Positions 24,485-34,602 of a stretch of 64,000 nucleotides of DNA are shown here, piece by piece. Numbering within the stretch: position 1 is the first letter of the stretch; each line of letters starts with the position of its first letter. Location of the stretch: positions 186,001-250,000 of IMG/VR virus record IMGVR_UViG_3300005613_000002; one strand, written 5' to 3'. Both the position numbers and the translations under genes were made by a program. The notes under the pieces are model-generated. The model saw only the letters and a program-made list of their open reading frames with translations, ran no database searches and was not told where the DNA came from.

Positions 24485-24841
24485 TTATGAGTTATAGAAG
24501 TTAACTATTTTAGAATACATATCTTTAATAGTAGTCCATTTAACTGGAACTTTTTGCATATAGTATTCATTGTTATCGTCATTATTGCAAGTATTACATT
24601 CGCCACAATCACAATATTCATTGTTTGCTATTTCGATTGTTTCATTTATTTCTCCACAGAGCAGGTTTTTAGCTCCATTTTCGACAGTTAAGCTAGTGGG
24701 TAATAGATTTAGGTCTTTAACAACATTTATTGCGTCATTAATAGCTTTTACATAACCTTCTCTAAATTTAGAGTCTTCGTTATGTTCGTTAACTTCTCTA
24801 TCTATTTTTAATTGTTTAAATTTCTTTTCTGCTATATTCAT
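24485..24841 (-). CDS. hypothetical protein with CxCxxCxxC
   Basis: Co-oriented ORF. Confidence 0.7.
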   Translation of the reverse strand: MNIAEKKFKQLKIDREVNEHNEDSKFREGYVKAINDAINVVKDLNLLPTSLTVENGAKNLLCGEINETIEIANNEYCDCGECNTCNNDDNNEYYMQKVPVKWTTIKDMYSKIVNFYNS

Positions 24842-24858
24842 ATTTTTAATTAAGAATA

Positions 24859-25224
24859 TTAACGAGTAATGAATCTATCTGGGATTACAAAATAGTTATT
24901 GATTGGACTTCCAAATATTTTTCTACAATCATCAATTATTGTTTTATCGAATTTCATTTTTACAATTCTTCCAGTTGGGAGTTTATATTTACGTTTAGTT
25001 AGAATACAGACGGATAAATCATTTCCAATTGCATCGACTAAAAATGGTTGATTATATTCGATAACTTGGTTTAGAGTTATTTTGCTTTTATCTTCATCTG
25101 TTTTATAGAAAAAATCGATATCGTTTCTTGTATGAGCTTTTATAAGACCACCGTTATTTATTGTTTCATAGGTTAGGGTTTTGATGAATCTTTTTAATCC
25201 TTCATAATCTATAATGTAGTTCAT
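24859..25224 (-). CDS. hypothetical protein
   Basis: Co-oriented ORF. Confidence 0.7.
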   Translation of the reverse strand: MNYIIDYEGLKRFIKTLTYETINNGGLIKAHTRNDIDFFYKTDEDKSKITLNQVIEYNQPFLVDAIGNDLSVCILTKRKYKLPTGRIVKMKFDKTIIDDCRKIFGSPINNYFVIPDRFITR

Positions 25225-25245
25225 ATTAGATAGTTTTTATTGGAA

Positions 25246-25431
25246 TTATAATGTATCATAAGTTCCCAGATACTTATCGTTTATATGGACTTCTGCCTCT
25301 TTTTTATTTTCTTTAAAATAAATTGTTACTTTATCTTTATCTGTACCAACTAATTTTTGTATTGCTTCCAAAATATCTTCCCAGTATTCCATATAGTTTT
25401 TATTTATATAATTGAATATAATATCCATCAA
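25246..25431 (-). CDS. hypothetical protein
   Basis: Co-oriented ORF. Confidence 0.6.
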   Translation of the reverse strand: MMDIIFNYINKNYMEYWEDILEAIQKLVGTDKDKVTIYFKENKKEAEVHINDKYLGTYDTL

Positions 25432-25519
25432 TACCTTTAACTACTTTACCGATTACCAACCAATCTCCAGTAGGTGCTTGTTCATAAACATATCTTCCTA
25501 TTTGTACCATAGTTTTTAA

Positions 25520-25810
25520 TTAATAGTCAGCACTAATATGATATTTTTTATTTTTATATTCAATTTTTTCTACACGTCTTTCTATTTCATTTATTTCACC
25601 AACTGCATCGGTATTAAAATATATTGAAAAACTTCCTAGAAGGTTTAATTCATGGCAACGAACTAAATAGTTTAGAGTTTCTATTTGTAGTTCAGATAAT
25701 TCTTTTTCATCTAATTTAATAATATAACCAAAACCTTTATCTGGATTTTTAAATACATCTAAAAAGACATTTTGATTTACATTAAAATATATTCCTTTAA
25801 ATATTTGCAT
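25520..25810 (-). CDS. hypothetical protein
   Basis: Co-oriented ORF. Confidence 0.65.
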   Translation of the reverse strand: MQIFKGIYFNVNQNVFLDVFKNPDKGFGYIIKLDEKELSELQIETLNYLVRCHELNLLGSFSIYFNTDAVGEINEIERRVEKIEYKNKKYHISADY

Positions 25811-25844
25811 AGTTTTTAATTAAAAGTTTAAGCACAAAATATTT

Positions 25845-26252
25845 TTACAAATTATCAAATTCAGGAATCCATCTATTTGGCATTCTTTTAAATTCCATGA
25901 TTGCTTTACTATTTTCATGTGAATATAAGCACCATTTACTCCATTTCTTTTTATTTGTTTTTCTACTTGGTTGCCAAATAGAATAATCATCATCATTATA
26001 AAACTTCCAAATATCTCTATGATTGGTTTTTATTTCATAACTTTCTGTATGTCTTAATGAAAGGTTTACGAAATATTTATAACCTTTTTCTTTTAGTGAT
26101 TCTAAATATTTTTCAACTTCTCTAAGATAACCTTTCACTAAGAAATTACCTTTATTGGAGTATACATAAGCTAGGGTATATGCACCACCATACCAACCTT
26201 TTTTACCATCAGGTTTGATTTCGATTACATTTTTCCAAGTTTTATTTTTCAT
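25845..26252 (-). CDS. hypothetical protein (Trp/Tyr/Lys rich)
   Basis: Co-oriented ORF. Confidence 0.7.
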   Translation of the reverse strand: MKNKTWKNVIEIKPDGKKGWYGGAYTLAYVYSNKGNFLVKGYLREVEKYLESLKEKGYKYFVNLSLRHTESYEIKTNHRDIWKFYNDDDYSIWQPSRKTNKKKWSKWCLYSHENSKAIMEFKRMPNRWIPEFDNL

Positions 26253-26258
26253 TTTTTT

Positions 26259-26323
26259 AAATTAAAAAGAGACATTATTATTGGATTAATTAAGCTTTCT
26301 ATATTTAATCACTAATGTCTCTT
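26259..26323 (-). terminator. promoter-proximal leader hairpin with U-tract (attenuator or sRNA end)
   Basis: AAGAGACATTA/TAATGTCTCTT perfect 11 bp, then TTTAATTT. Confidence 0.55.
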
Positions 26324-26362
26324 ATGGGTTAATTATGCTTTTTATATATAACCACTAATTTA

Positions 26363-26391
26363 TTATACGTAAAACATTAATAAATGTTACA
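26363..26391 (-). promoter_or_regulatory. ECF-type phage promoter
   Basis: TGTAAC-N16-CGTATAA. Confidence 0.85.
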
Positions 26392-26695
26392 ATTTTAACA
26401 TATCAATTAATTCTGCTGTATTACAACCACCGCCATTATCATTTTCCCACCATACACCATCTTCTTTACTGTATGTATATTTCCAATTTTGTTTAGATGC
26501 TTTTGCTAATAAGTGATCGATGAAAACATTTTTTATTTCATCTTCAAGTTCTAACATTGCATCTAAAGTAGTTTGATATTCTGGTTGTTCTTTAATTTCT
26601 TCAATACTACAATAACTTTCATTGGTTCTATTAAGCATAGTTTTTATATGCTTATCAAGAATTTCTTTTTTTGTTTTTATTTTAATTTTACTCAT
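26387..26695 (-). CDS. hypothetical protein
   Basis: Stop TAA inside -35 box. Confidence 0.7.
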   Translation of the reverse strand: MSKIKIKTKKEILDKHIKTMLNRTNESYCSIEEIKEQPEYQTTLDAMLELEDEIKNVFIDHLLAKASKQNWKYTYSKEDGVWWENDNGGGCNTAELIDMLKL

Positions 26696-27089
26696 GGTTA
26701 ATAGTATTAAATGCTTGTTTTAAATCGTTTTCAAATTGTTCTTTAGTTCTAACATCAAAATCATCATTCAACCAACATTTAACAAAATTACTCACATCAT
26801 TATTTGCTTTTGAATAATATGAGTCTGCTAAAGAGTTTCCATATGCTTTAATTGTTATAACTTCAATTTTACATTCAAATGAACCATATACGAATGTTAC
26901 TTTATATTCGAATATTTCTTCATCCTTATTTTCTTGTTCTTTTTTCCATGTAGTCCATCTTGGAACTATTCTTATGGCTCTACGTATTCCAGTTTGGAAA
27001 TAGTATTGGGTTTCTTCTGGAAGTTCTATTTCCTTTGAATCAATTTCTTTCTGTACGTATTCGTATTGTTTTAATTTTATTGTAGTCAT
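26688..27089 (-). CDS. hypothetical protein
   Basis: First gene after promoter. Confidence 0.75.
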   Translation of the reverse strand: MTTIKLKQYEYVQKEIDSKEIELPEETQYYFQTGIRRAIRIVPRWTTWKKEQENKDEEIFEYKVTFVYGSFECKIEVITIKAYGNSLADSYYSKANNDVSNFVKCWLNDDFDVRTKEQFENDLKQAFNTINHE

Positions 27090-27106
27090 GATTTAAATTT
27101 TATTAT

Positions 27107-27135
27107 TTATACGTAAAAATAGTTATTTTGTTACA
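27107..27135 (-). promoter_or_regulatory. ECF-type phage promoter
   Basis: TGTAAC-N16-CGTATAA. Confidence 0.85.
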
Positions 27136-27136
27136 A

Positions 27137-27490
27137 TTATTCTTCATAACCACATTTTCTACATTTTGAAATTACACTACCAGTATCATAATCTGGATAC
27201 ATATCATGGTTACACTCTTTAGGTTTACAAATTTCTGCACCACCAAGGCATGATATATAATCAGAATCACCACCATAATCTGTACGTCTTATTGTTTTAA
27301 GTCTTCTACTATTTTCACCATTGGTTATTTTTTCATTTATACCAGTGATTAAAATAAAATTTCTATCGAAGATTATATGCCAGATAGCGTTTAGTCTTTG
27401 TTTAAATGGGTGAACTTCTCTAACATATGATTTATCATTTATATTAGATTTAGTTGTTGCAATATGATTTATATGGTTTTTATTACTCAT
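27137..27490 (-). CDS. hypothetical protein with C-terminal C.H...CxxC
   Basis: Co-oriented ORF. Confidence 0.7.
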   Translation of the reverse strand: MSNKNHINHIATTKSNINDKSYVREVHPFKQRLNAIWHIIFDRNFILITGINEKITNGENSRRLKTIRRTDYGGDSDYISCLGGAEICKPKECNHDMYPDYDTGSVISKCRKCGYEE

Positions 27491-27504
27491 GATTATCTTT
27501 TTAA

Positions 27505-27798
27505 TTAAGATTTATTGAATATATCACCAAACCCACTAAATGGATTATTTTTATCAAAACCTTTCCCAAAAGGATTATCTTTAAATATATCACCAAACAT
27601 TGAATTAATTTGACTATTTTCTTTATCACATTTATGGACTATTAATTGTTGAAAGTCTTTATATTTTCTTTTTAGAAACTTTTCAAATTCAACTTGTGCT
27701 TCTATGGAGTTTGATTTGTTTTTAACTATAGTTATTCCATTTTTTTTCAAGATGGAATTATTCTTTCCTTTTACGGTATATTCGATTTTATAGTCCAT
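27505..27798 (-). CDS. hypothetical protein
   Basis: Co-oriented ORF. Confidence 0.7.
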   Translation of the reverse strand: MDYKIEYTVKGKNNSILKKNGITIVKNKSNSIEAQVEFEKFLKRKYKDFQQLIVHKCDKENSQINSMFGDIFKDNPFGKGFDKNNPFSGFGDIFNKS

Positions 27799-27806
27799 GT
27801 TATGAT

Positions 27807-28244
27807 TTATTTCTTTGGTGATATTACATCATATCCTTCACTAAATAACCATTTAATACTATCCATCACATTATTAAATGTTAAATAATGGCTACGCATA
27901 CCCAGAGCAATTTGTCCTTGATACTGTTCATCATATCCTAATGCTTTACACATTGGGTTTATTTCATCTTCATTATCTAGTTTATGATAGATTGCTTTTA
28001 AACTATCACCAGAGACTTCATCTTTAGAATTTAGGTTTTGATCTAATTGAATTTGATTTAGTTTAAACTCAACCTCAGTCATTTTATCCCTAAGTTCTTT
28101 TCCTTTATCAATTCTTTCTGGTGTTTCTCTATAGCTATGGACATATGCCATTATAAATGCACCATCATAACATTCACCTAAGTGTTCGATATATTCTCTT
28201 TGGAGTTTGATATATTCTTGTTGTAATTTAATTTTATTTTTCAT
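27807..28244 (-). CDS. hypothetical protein
   Basis: Co-oriented ORF. Confidence 0.7.
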   Translation of the reverse strand: MKNKIKLQQEYIKLQREYIEHLGECYDGAFIMAYVHSYRETPERIDKGKELRDKMTEVEFKLNQIQLDQNLNSKDEVSGDSLKAIYHKLDNEDEINPMCKALGYDEQYQGQIALGMRSHYLTFNNVMDSIKWLFSEGYDVISPKK

Positions 28245-28614
28245 AATTCCATTTAATTATGTTAATACTTATTGGTTTCATTGTAATACTACTTGCCCAT
28301 TGAATTTTATTGTTAGAATTTGGGATTCTAACTACATGAAAGCTAGAATCAAATTCATCATACCCAATACAGGGAACTAATTCATGTGGAAGTTCAATAT
28401 TTATTGATGTCGGTTTCATGTTTTTTCTCAATAATAATTTACTTTCCCACAATTCACCTTCATAACAAATTTTATTTAATCCTTTTTCAGCATAATAACT
28501 ACCAACATTACAATCGTTTATCTTAGTATGGTCATCTTCATAATTAAACCTACAGTTCAAGCAGGTTTGTTTAGATTTCTTTTTGAAATATGATTTAAAA
28601 TTATTTTTTTTCAT
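28234..28614 (-). CDS. hypothetical protein, Cys-rich N-terminus
   Basis: Co-oriented ORF. Confidence 0.65.
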   Translation of the reverse strand: MKKNNFKSYFKKKSKQTCLNCRFNYEDDHTKINDCNVGSYYAEKGLNKICYEGELWESKLLLRKNMKPTSINIELPHELVPCIGYDEFDSSFHVVRIPNSNNKIQWASSITMKPISINIIKWNYEK

Positions 28615-28661
28615 TTCGTTTTATTGAGAGTTTATAGCAATTTTCTCTAACTCATTCAATA

Positions 28662-28952
28662 TTAATCGTTATTTAGTCTAATAATCATACTACCCCATTT
28701 ATTCGTACCTTTTTTATGTGGTAAACCTTTATAATGTAAAGTCATCCCTGTGAATTCACATTCTTTATTATTTAATGACTTTTTAAATAACCAATCTTTA
28801 GCTTCTTTTCTGATGATATCATTTTCATTATTACTATACCAACCAATACTGAGAATTAATTTACCTAATCTTAATTGTTTAAGTTTAGATTTCTTTTTAT
28901 GTCGTTTATTTCCGAATTCTTTAGTAATTCGAGCTAGTTCTTTTAAATTCAT
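28662..28952 (-). CDS. basic hypothetical protein
   Basis: Co-oriented ORF. Confidence 0.65.
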   Translation of the reverse strand: MNLKELARITKEFGNKRHKKKSKLKQLRLGKLILSIGWYSNNENDIIRKEAKDWLFKKSLNNKECEFTGMTLHYKGLPHKKGTNKWGSMIIRLNND

Positions 28953-29298
28953 CTTTCATGTATTAAAATAAATTATCCCAATTTATTTGCCAGATAGCCA
29001 TATATATCATAAAGATAATAATTAATAGATGTATTACTATTGGTTTTAGTTTATTTTTCTTATTACTTCTAACTAATTTAATAAAATCATAAACGTTATA
29101 TAGAATTATAAGTATAAATAATATTAAGCAAATCATAGTTTTAAGTTTTAAATATTAATTTAAACAGACCAATGAAACCAACTACAATGGATAATAATGT
29201 TGTTGAAATTAACAAGTAGAAGATAACAGTACCTGCTGCACTTATCTTTACTCTTTCTATCCATTTTTCAAATCTTATGATATATTTTTTCATAGTTT

Positions 29299-29565
29299 TT
29301 AATTAATATTTGTTAGTATTTCTTTAGCTTTTTTCTGATATACATTAGCAAATTTTGATAATTCTTTTTCTTTAACCAATTCCTTTAAGAACTTAATTAA
29401 AGTTTTAATGTGTTTAGGTTGGGATGGTAATTTATTAAATTCATCTCTGAATTCACGTAAATCTTTTAATCTCATGTGACCATATGTTGTTAGAGTAAAT
29501 TCTCCAGAATTTTCCCAACCCTCCAACTTTTTAATTTCTCTATTTACTTTAGTTATGTATTTCAT
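29299..29565 (-). CDS. hypothetical protein
   Basis: Co-oriented ORF. Confidence 0.65.
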   Translation of the reverse strand: MKYITKVNREIKKLEGWENSGEFTLTTYGHMRLKDLREFRDEFNKLPSQPKHIKTLIKFLKELVKEKELSKFANVYQKKAKEILTNIN

Positions 29566-29585
29566 AGATTTGTTTTCAAAATTAA

Positions 29586-29771
29586 TTATCTATTTCGTCT
29601 AACTTTATCTCTAGCAACTTGTTCTTGGTTACAAAAGCTAATTAATTCATCAAATTCTTTTTGAGTTAGTTCTTTTTCTTTTACCCATTTAAAGACTAAT
29701 TTAGTTCTTTCAGATAATTCATCTTCTCTGTAAAGAATATTTAATAAATGTGTTAATCCGTGTATATCCAT
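29586..29771 (-). CDS. hypothetical protein
   Basis: Co-oriented ORF. Confidence 0.6.
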   Translation of the reverse strand: MDIHGLTHLLNILYREDELSERTKLVFKWVKEKELTQKEFDELISFCNQEQVARDKVRRNR

Positions 29772-29784
29772 GATTATAATTTTA

Positions 29785-30081
29785 TTACCAAGTTAAACTC
29801 AAAATCTTTCTCACATCATCCTGACTAAATACATAACCATTAAATACTGTTCTAGTATCACCATCTTTCCGAATACTAATACTATTATTAGGTTCTAATT
29901 CTTTACCAAAATATGTAACACTATTACCTTCTTCATTCCAATAAATATGTGTTAATCCTATTCGGTCTTTTGCCTTACCATATATTTGATATGGCTTGAA
30001 TGTACTCTTGGTTTCTGATATTAATGTAAAACCAATTTCATCAAGAAACTCTGGTGTAAATATTTTTAGAAATTCACTCAT
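29785..30081 (-). CDS. hypothetical protein
   Basis: Co-oriented ORF. Confidence 0.7.
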   Translation of the reverse strand: MSEFLKIFTPEFLDEIGFTLISETKSTFKPYQIYGKAKDRIGLTHIYWNEEGNSVTYFGKELEPNNSISIRKDGDTRTVFNGYVFSQDDVRKILSLTW

Positions 30082-30374
30082 ATTAGCTTCTCATTAAACG
30101 AGATTTGAAATTCATCTTTGGTGCAAATATTACGTTTCACATATAAATCTTCATAATGCCACCAACCCTCAACTCTATTCTCCCAGATTATGGTCAATGC
30201 TTTTGTTTTATCACATTCCTTAACACAAGGATAGACATTATTTTGTTTAGTTTGAACACCTCTTGAATTTAATGCTTCTCTTTGACTTGACATTTGACAC
30301 AAATCTCCTTCAAGATAGAATGAATAATCTTCATTTTTTTCTTCTGAAATTGCTGATTCTATTAAATTATACAT
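30078..30374 (-). CDS. hypothetical protein
   Basis: ATGA coupling. Confidence 0.65.
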   Translation of the reverse strand: MYNLIESAISEEKNEDYSFYLEGDLCQMSSQREALNSRGVQTKQNNVYPCVKECDKTKALTIIWENRVEGWWHYEDLYVKRNICTKDEFQISFNEKLI

Positions 30375-30385
30375 AATTATTTGTT

Positions 30386-30616
30386 TTATTTAGTAATTAA
30401 TTCAATTGTATCGCTTACTTGATATAAAGTATCTGTGTAAATTTTGATATTATTATTATCGTTAATTTCAAGAATTACTCTATATTTATAATCTTCCCAA
30501 TTAAGTTCTTTTACACTTTTAACAATTACAGTATCTTCTTGTTTTAATTGAACCTCATTAGTACAAGATATTAAAGTTAATAATAGTCCTATTATGAATA
30601 TTTTTATTAGTTTCAT
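30386..30616 (-). CDS. small lipoprotein
   Basis: Lipobox LISC; KSV.E...DTLYQV.DT shared with 34393-34602. Confidence 0.65.
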   Translation of the reverse strand: MKLIKIFIIGLLLTLISCTNEVQLKQEDTVIVKSVKELNWEDYKYRVILEINDNNNIKIYTDTLYQVSDTIELITK

Positions 30617-30620
30617 ATGA

Positions 30621-30842
30621 TTATTTTAAAAATGGTTTAATTTCTTTCCATGATGTTAATTCAAAATTATCGGTATTCCAAGCATTAGAATCACTCCCAA
30701 CTTTTTCGGTATGACCAACATCTTTAATAACTACAGCATTGAACTGTGTTTCGCTAGGTGCTTTATCATTAATAACCATAAGAAATAATGGATATTCATT
30801 TGTTCTAGCTTTACTTTTAACTAATTTTCCAACTTTAAACAT
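30621..30842 (-). CDS. hypothetical protein
   Basis: First gene after promoter. Confidence 0.7.
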   Translation of the reverse strand: MFKVGKLVKSKARTNEYPLFLMVINDKAPSETQFNAVVIKDVGHTEKVGSDSNAWNTDNFELTSWKEIKPFLK

Positions 30843-30867
30843 ATTATTGTTTTTTCGATTATATTAG

Positions 30868-30896
30868 TTATACGTGAATATGTTTTAAATGTTACA
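30868..30896 (-). promoter_or_regulatory. ECF-type phage promoter
   Basis: TGTAAC-N16-CGTATAA. Confidence 0.85.
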
Positions 30897-31080
30897 ATTT
30901 TTCACTAATATTGCTTTTGGATTCTTCATGTGCTTGCAATATATCAAGTAATTCTTCTGGTGTTAAAGTAAATTCATCTAACATTTCATGAGTTTTGAAT
31001 TTACCACCATCACAATGAAATAATAAATTAACTTTATCATCACATGTTTTTATTTCAGTACTTATTTTATAATCACTCAT
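30892..31080 (-). CDS. hypothetical protein
   Basis: Stop TAA inside -35 box. Confidence 0.65.
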   Translation of the reverse strand: MSDYKISTEIKTCDDKVNLLFHCDGGKFKTHEMLDEFTLTPEELLDILQAHEESKSNISEKL

Positions 31081-31261
31081 TACTTATTAATCTTCTATAC
31101 TTCCTATGAGAAATAAATTTAGGGTCAGGAGCATATTGCCCAATACAATTAGCTTTAACCCATTTTGATGGGTCATTATAGTTTGCTGACATTTCAACCT
31201 CGTCACCTTCTTTAATTTCTTCACCTTTTTTAAGGTAATAATACTTATTTACTGATTCCAT
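31073..31261 (-). CDS. hypothetical protein
   Basis: Co-oriented ORF. Confidence 0.65.
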   Translation of the reverse strand: MESVNKYYYLKKGEEIKEGDEVEMSANYNDPSKWVKANCIGQYAPDPKFISHRKYRRLISNE

Positions 31262-31788
31262 AATTTTTAAATTGTTTTATAAATTCATTATATCGACTTC
31301 ACCATAATAATAAACATAATCACCAAAAGATGAACTAGATATTTTTATGTGTTCTGGTTTTATACCTTTTTTATCTAAATCATTTAGTGCTGCCGTTAAA
31401 TCTTCAATTGTTTTATACATTCCTTTATATTTCCATTTTCTAATCATAATATAATTGTATTATAATTTCTAACTAAAAAGATGTAAATAATTCACACATT
31501 TTACTTTTTTCTTCTTTATTATTCCTTCTACTTGTTTTCTATCACAAGTAGAATAAAACTTACATGAACTAATACGACATAAATCTGAATACTTAATTCG
31601 CATCAGATTTACTTGACTTTTTATTTGTGCTTTATTCAACATAATATATTAAATTTTATAATCAACACATTTATCTTTCTCAGATTCACAAACACTAAAA
31701 CATTCATCCCTGTATTTACAGACCTTTACGCTTTTATTCCATTTTAACTTTAAACGTTTAAATTTGTTTATGAGTTTATCTTTTTTCA

Positions 31789-32058
31789 TTACATCCAAAA
31801 ATTTTTCAATATTGATATGTTTAATATTTTAACTTGTTCCAATTTTCTTCTTTTTTCCAAATAGTTTTGAATATATATGTGTTCTACTTTTTTCAATACA
31901 TCTTCCTCAGTATCACCATGATTGGATAAATTAGAATATTCATTGGAATCATATGAATAAGATATTCCTGTAGTAATTCCATTAGTTTTTTCAATAGAAA
32001 AGATATTAATCATCATCCTTGATTCTATTCTTAATTTTTTTAATAGTTTTACTTTCAT
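31789..32058 (-). CDS. hypothetical protein
   Basis: Co-oriented ORF. Confidence 0.6.
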   Translation of the reverse strand: MKVKLLKKLRIESRMMINIFSIEKTNGITTGISYSYDSNEYSNLSNHGDTEEDVLKKVEHIYIQNYLEKRRKLEQVKILNISILKNFWM

Positions 32059-32064
32059 GATTAC

Positions 32065-32259
32065 TTAGTTTAATATTAATTTAGAAGCAGATATTTCAGA
32101 TTGTTTTGATTTCCTTATATAATCTTTTCTAACATCTTCCATATATTTATTAATGCTTTCAATTTTATTTAAGTCTTCTGGGGAATCCAACACTTTTATC
32201 TTACCTTCTTTATTTAATTTAGTTAATATCTTTTTGGTTTTACTTATCTTTTTATACAT
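32065..32259 (-). CDS. hypothetical protein
   Basis: Co-oriented ORF. Confidence 0.65.
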   Translation of the reverse strand: MYKKISKTKKILTKLNKEGKIKVLDSPEDLNKIESINKYMEDVRKDYIRKSKQSEISASKLILN

Positions 32260-32268
32260 AATATTTTA

Positions 32269-32517
32269 TTAACTTTCCCAAACGACTGATGAAAATCTAT
32301 CCATCCAATCTTTAGCTCTATCCATGTTATTTTTGTGAGTACTAATCCTTTTTTTTGCTTCATATAATGTTTCACAAATGACTGAACTTGGTTTAAATAA
32401 TCGTCCGATTTGCATCCTATTTATATTTAACCATATGCCACATATTTTGTATTGTGCCGTAAAATATGTTTTAGCGAAAGGATGTTCCCATTTTTTTATT
32501 CTATATTTTAGTTTCAT
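32269..32517 (-). CDS. hypothetical protein
   Basis: Co-oriented ORF. Confidence 0.65.
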   Translation of the reverse strand: MKLKYRIKKWEHPFAKTYFTAQYKICGIWLNINRMQIGRLFKPSSVICETLYEAKKRISTHKNNMDRAKDWMDRFSSVVWES

Positions 32518-32807
32518 TATTTTTGTTTTATCATTTTTTCATCTTCCATAATTTTCATCAAACCACAAAATTCTCTCCAATGATATTCAGTTATTTTCTC
32601 ACCTACTTTATTACTCATTAGTGATAAAACTTTATAAATTCCATCATAAATATTCTGTTTTTTATTTGGTGTTCTTTCTATTGATATAATATTTCTAACA
32701 CCTTCAACAATATAAAATTGTTGAATGGCATCTAAGATATTACTAGCAGCATAAGAACCTATTTCTTCCGTACCATCTTTATCAATAAATAATATTCTAA
32801 ATTCCAT
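32517..32807 (-). CDS. hypothetical protein
   Basis: TAATG coupling. Confidence 0.65.
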   Translation of the reverse strand: MEFRILFIDKDGTEEIGSYAASNILDAIQQFYIVEGVRNIISIERTPNKKQNIYDGIYKVLSLMSNKVGEKITEYHWREFCGLMKIMEDEKMIKQK

Positions 32808-33225
32808 TATTTTCTAAATTAAAAAATTCCAACCAACTAGTGATATCATGTTCAAGATTACGTTCATCGATTAAAATATATGAGTGTTTATTTTTTACTT
32901 GTTTATATAGTTTATTTTTCTTAAAACATATTTCACCATTTCTAACCATTCTTTTTGTTGTATTACAACGCCAAAATGCATCATAATTAATATTAGCTTT
33001 AGGTTTATTTATAGAATTTTTAAGAAAATACTCATAATCATCCAATATTTCATTAACATCATCAATATTGAACTCTGGTTCATTTTTCATCCATTCAAGA
33101 AGATTAGATAATTTTAAACGTTCAGATTTTTTTTCTTCAATAAATGAAGAAATTTTATATCTAATAGATAATATAATTAATGCTGTAATATATATTACTA
33201 CTCCTGCTAATATTAAATTTTCCAT
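32797..33225 (-). CDS. membrane-anchored hypothetical protein
   Basis: N-terminal TM; start moved from 33273. Confidence 0.65.
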   Translation of the reverse strand: MENLILAGVVIYITALIILSIRYKISSFIEEKKSERLKLSNLLEWMKNEPEFNIDDVNEILDDYEYFLKNSINKPKANINYDAFWRCNTTKRMVRNGEICFKKNKLYKQVKNKHSYILIDERNLEHDITSWLEFFNLENNGI

Positions 33226-33238
33226 AATTATTAATGTT

Positions 33239-33568
33239 TTAATAACAATATAAGGTTTTAGGTAAATAACCATATACGAATTTAGTTACATGACACAGCC
33301 ACACATCGAATTCATACATATCACTTTTAAGATTATATAACCCACCATCTGCTTCATCTTTTTCAAAGGTAAGAATAAATTTTGGATTTTCAACTTTTAT
33401 TTCACTGATATTGAGATGAACTACGTTTTCTCCTTGTGCGATAATATCTAACATAGTATCAGCACCATATACCATTTCAAGTTCAGCTTTATCTCCTTTC
33501 CATTCAGGTAATACTGCATACCATCTATTATCTTCTTCTCTTTCGAATTTGAAATTTTTATTTATCAT
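33239..33568 (-). CDS. conserved hypothetical protein (resembles Bacteroidota DUF6717-like family)
   Basis: WY..LPEW.G.KAELEMV.GADT.LD...WLC.VT..VYG..P..LY. Confidence 0.55.
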   Translation of the reverse strand: MINKNFKFEREEDNRWYAVLPEWKGDKAELEMVYGADTMLDIIAQGENVVHLNISEIKVENPKFILTFEKDEADGGLYNLKSDMYEFDVWLCHVTKFVYGYLPKTLYCY

Positions 33569-33751
33569 AGTATTTCTTGTTAATCCCAATGGTCAACACA
33601 AACATCTCTCTGCATTAAATCAATATATTCAGCTTTTTTCCACAATAATAACAACTATTCTTTAGTTTTTTCTTAATTTTTATTCCTCTAATCCAATATC
33701 CAATGATAAATGATATAATAATTAATATAACTGAAATATATAATTCCATTT

Positions 33752-33961
33752 TTATAGTAATTTGGTTTTAATTAACACATATTCTCCAGTATCATACAGT
33801 TTATCAGCATGTTCTTCATCTGTTAATACAAAAGTTACATTATCACTAGTTCTGTACATAACATAACAATCAGTACCTTTTTCAAGAAAAGGCAAATCAA
33901 TTTGTTCTTGATATTCTTTAACAATACTTTTTGCTTTTAAATAATCTTCTTTTTTAATCAT
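33752..33961 (-). CDS. hypothetical protein
   Basis: Co-oriented ORF. Confidence 0.65.
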   Translation of the reverse strand: MIKKEDYLKAKSIVKEYQEQIDLPFLEKGTDCYVMYRTSDNVTFVLTDEEHADKLYDTGEYVLIKTKLL

Positions 33962-34157
33962 TTTTCTTTTTATCTAATAATTTAATAAAATTCTTAACAG
34001 CAAATTCAGTATTAACATTACTAAAATATGGTGGAGGTGAATATCCTTGCCCACCAACATGTCTAGGATTTACCATTTTTATTTCATAACCTTCTTTATT
34101 TAAGAAGTCAATAAATTCTTGACAACTAACATTTTTAAGTGAATCATTATTTTTCAT
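33954..34157 (-). CDS. hypothetical protein
   Basis: Co-oriented ORF. Confidence 0.65.
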   Translation of the reverse strand: MKNNDSLKNVSCQEFIDFLNKEGYEIKMVNPRHVGGQGYSPPPYFSNVNTEFAVKNFIKLLDKKKND

Positions 34158-34160
34158 TAG

Positions 34161-34409
34161 TTATTTATTTAAACGTACATATTTTTCTAAAACAAAATTT
34201 AATTTATCCATGAATCTTTTATCTGATTCAATTTCTTTAAGCATTTCATATTGATAATTCAATTCCATTGAGTTATCATCATATTCTCCATGTGTTAAAA
34301 ATTGACGAAAATTAGCATTAATAAAATAGTCTACTTCATCAAATTCTTTAATTTCATCAATATCATCATTGATACGTTTTTTTATTTTTTCTCTATCTTT
34401 GTACCTCAT
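34161..34409 (-). CDS. hypothetical protein
   Basis: Co-oriented ORF. Confidence 0.65.
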   Translation of the reverse strand: MRYKDREKIKKRINDDIDEIKEFDEVDYFINANFRQFLTHGEYDDNSMELNYQYEMLKEIESDKRFMDKLNFVLEKYVRLNK

Positions 34410-34602
34410 GTTTTTTTATTACCTTTGTTGTGTCATTTATTTGATATAAAGTATCAACATTAAATCTAAAAAATAAATTAGAATTTCCTATTTTTAGATT
34501 AATTTCAGTAACACTTTTAATAGTTAACGTATTTTTAACACTACTACATGAAGTTAAACAAACAAAGAATATTATTAATAATATTTTAACTATTAATTTC
34601 AT
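34393..34602 (-). CDS. small lipoprotein
   Basis: Lipobox LTSC; DTLYQINDT. Confidence 0.6.
   Translation of the reverse strand: MKLIVKILLIIFFVCLTSCSSVKNTLTIKSVTEINLKIGNSNLFFRFNVDTLYQINDTTKVIKKHEVQR

Noticed and set aside
33272-33290. TATACG...GTTACA inside a CDS
   Set aside because: Spacer is 6 nt, not 16.
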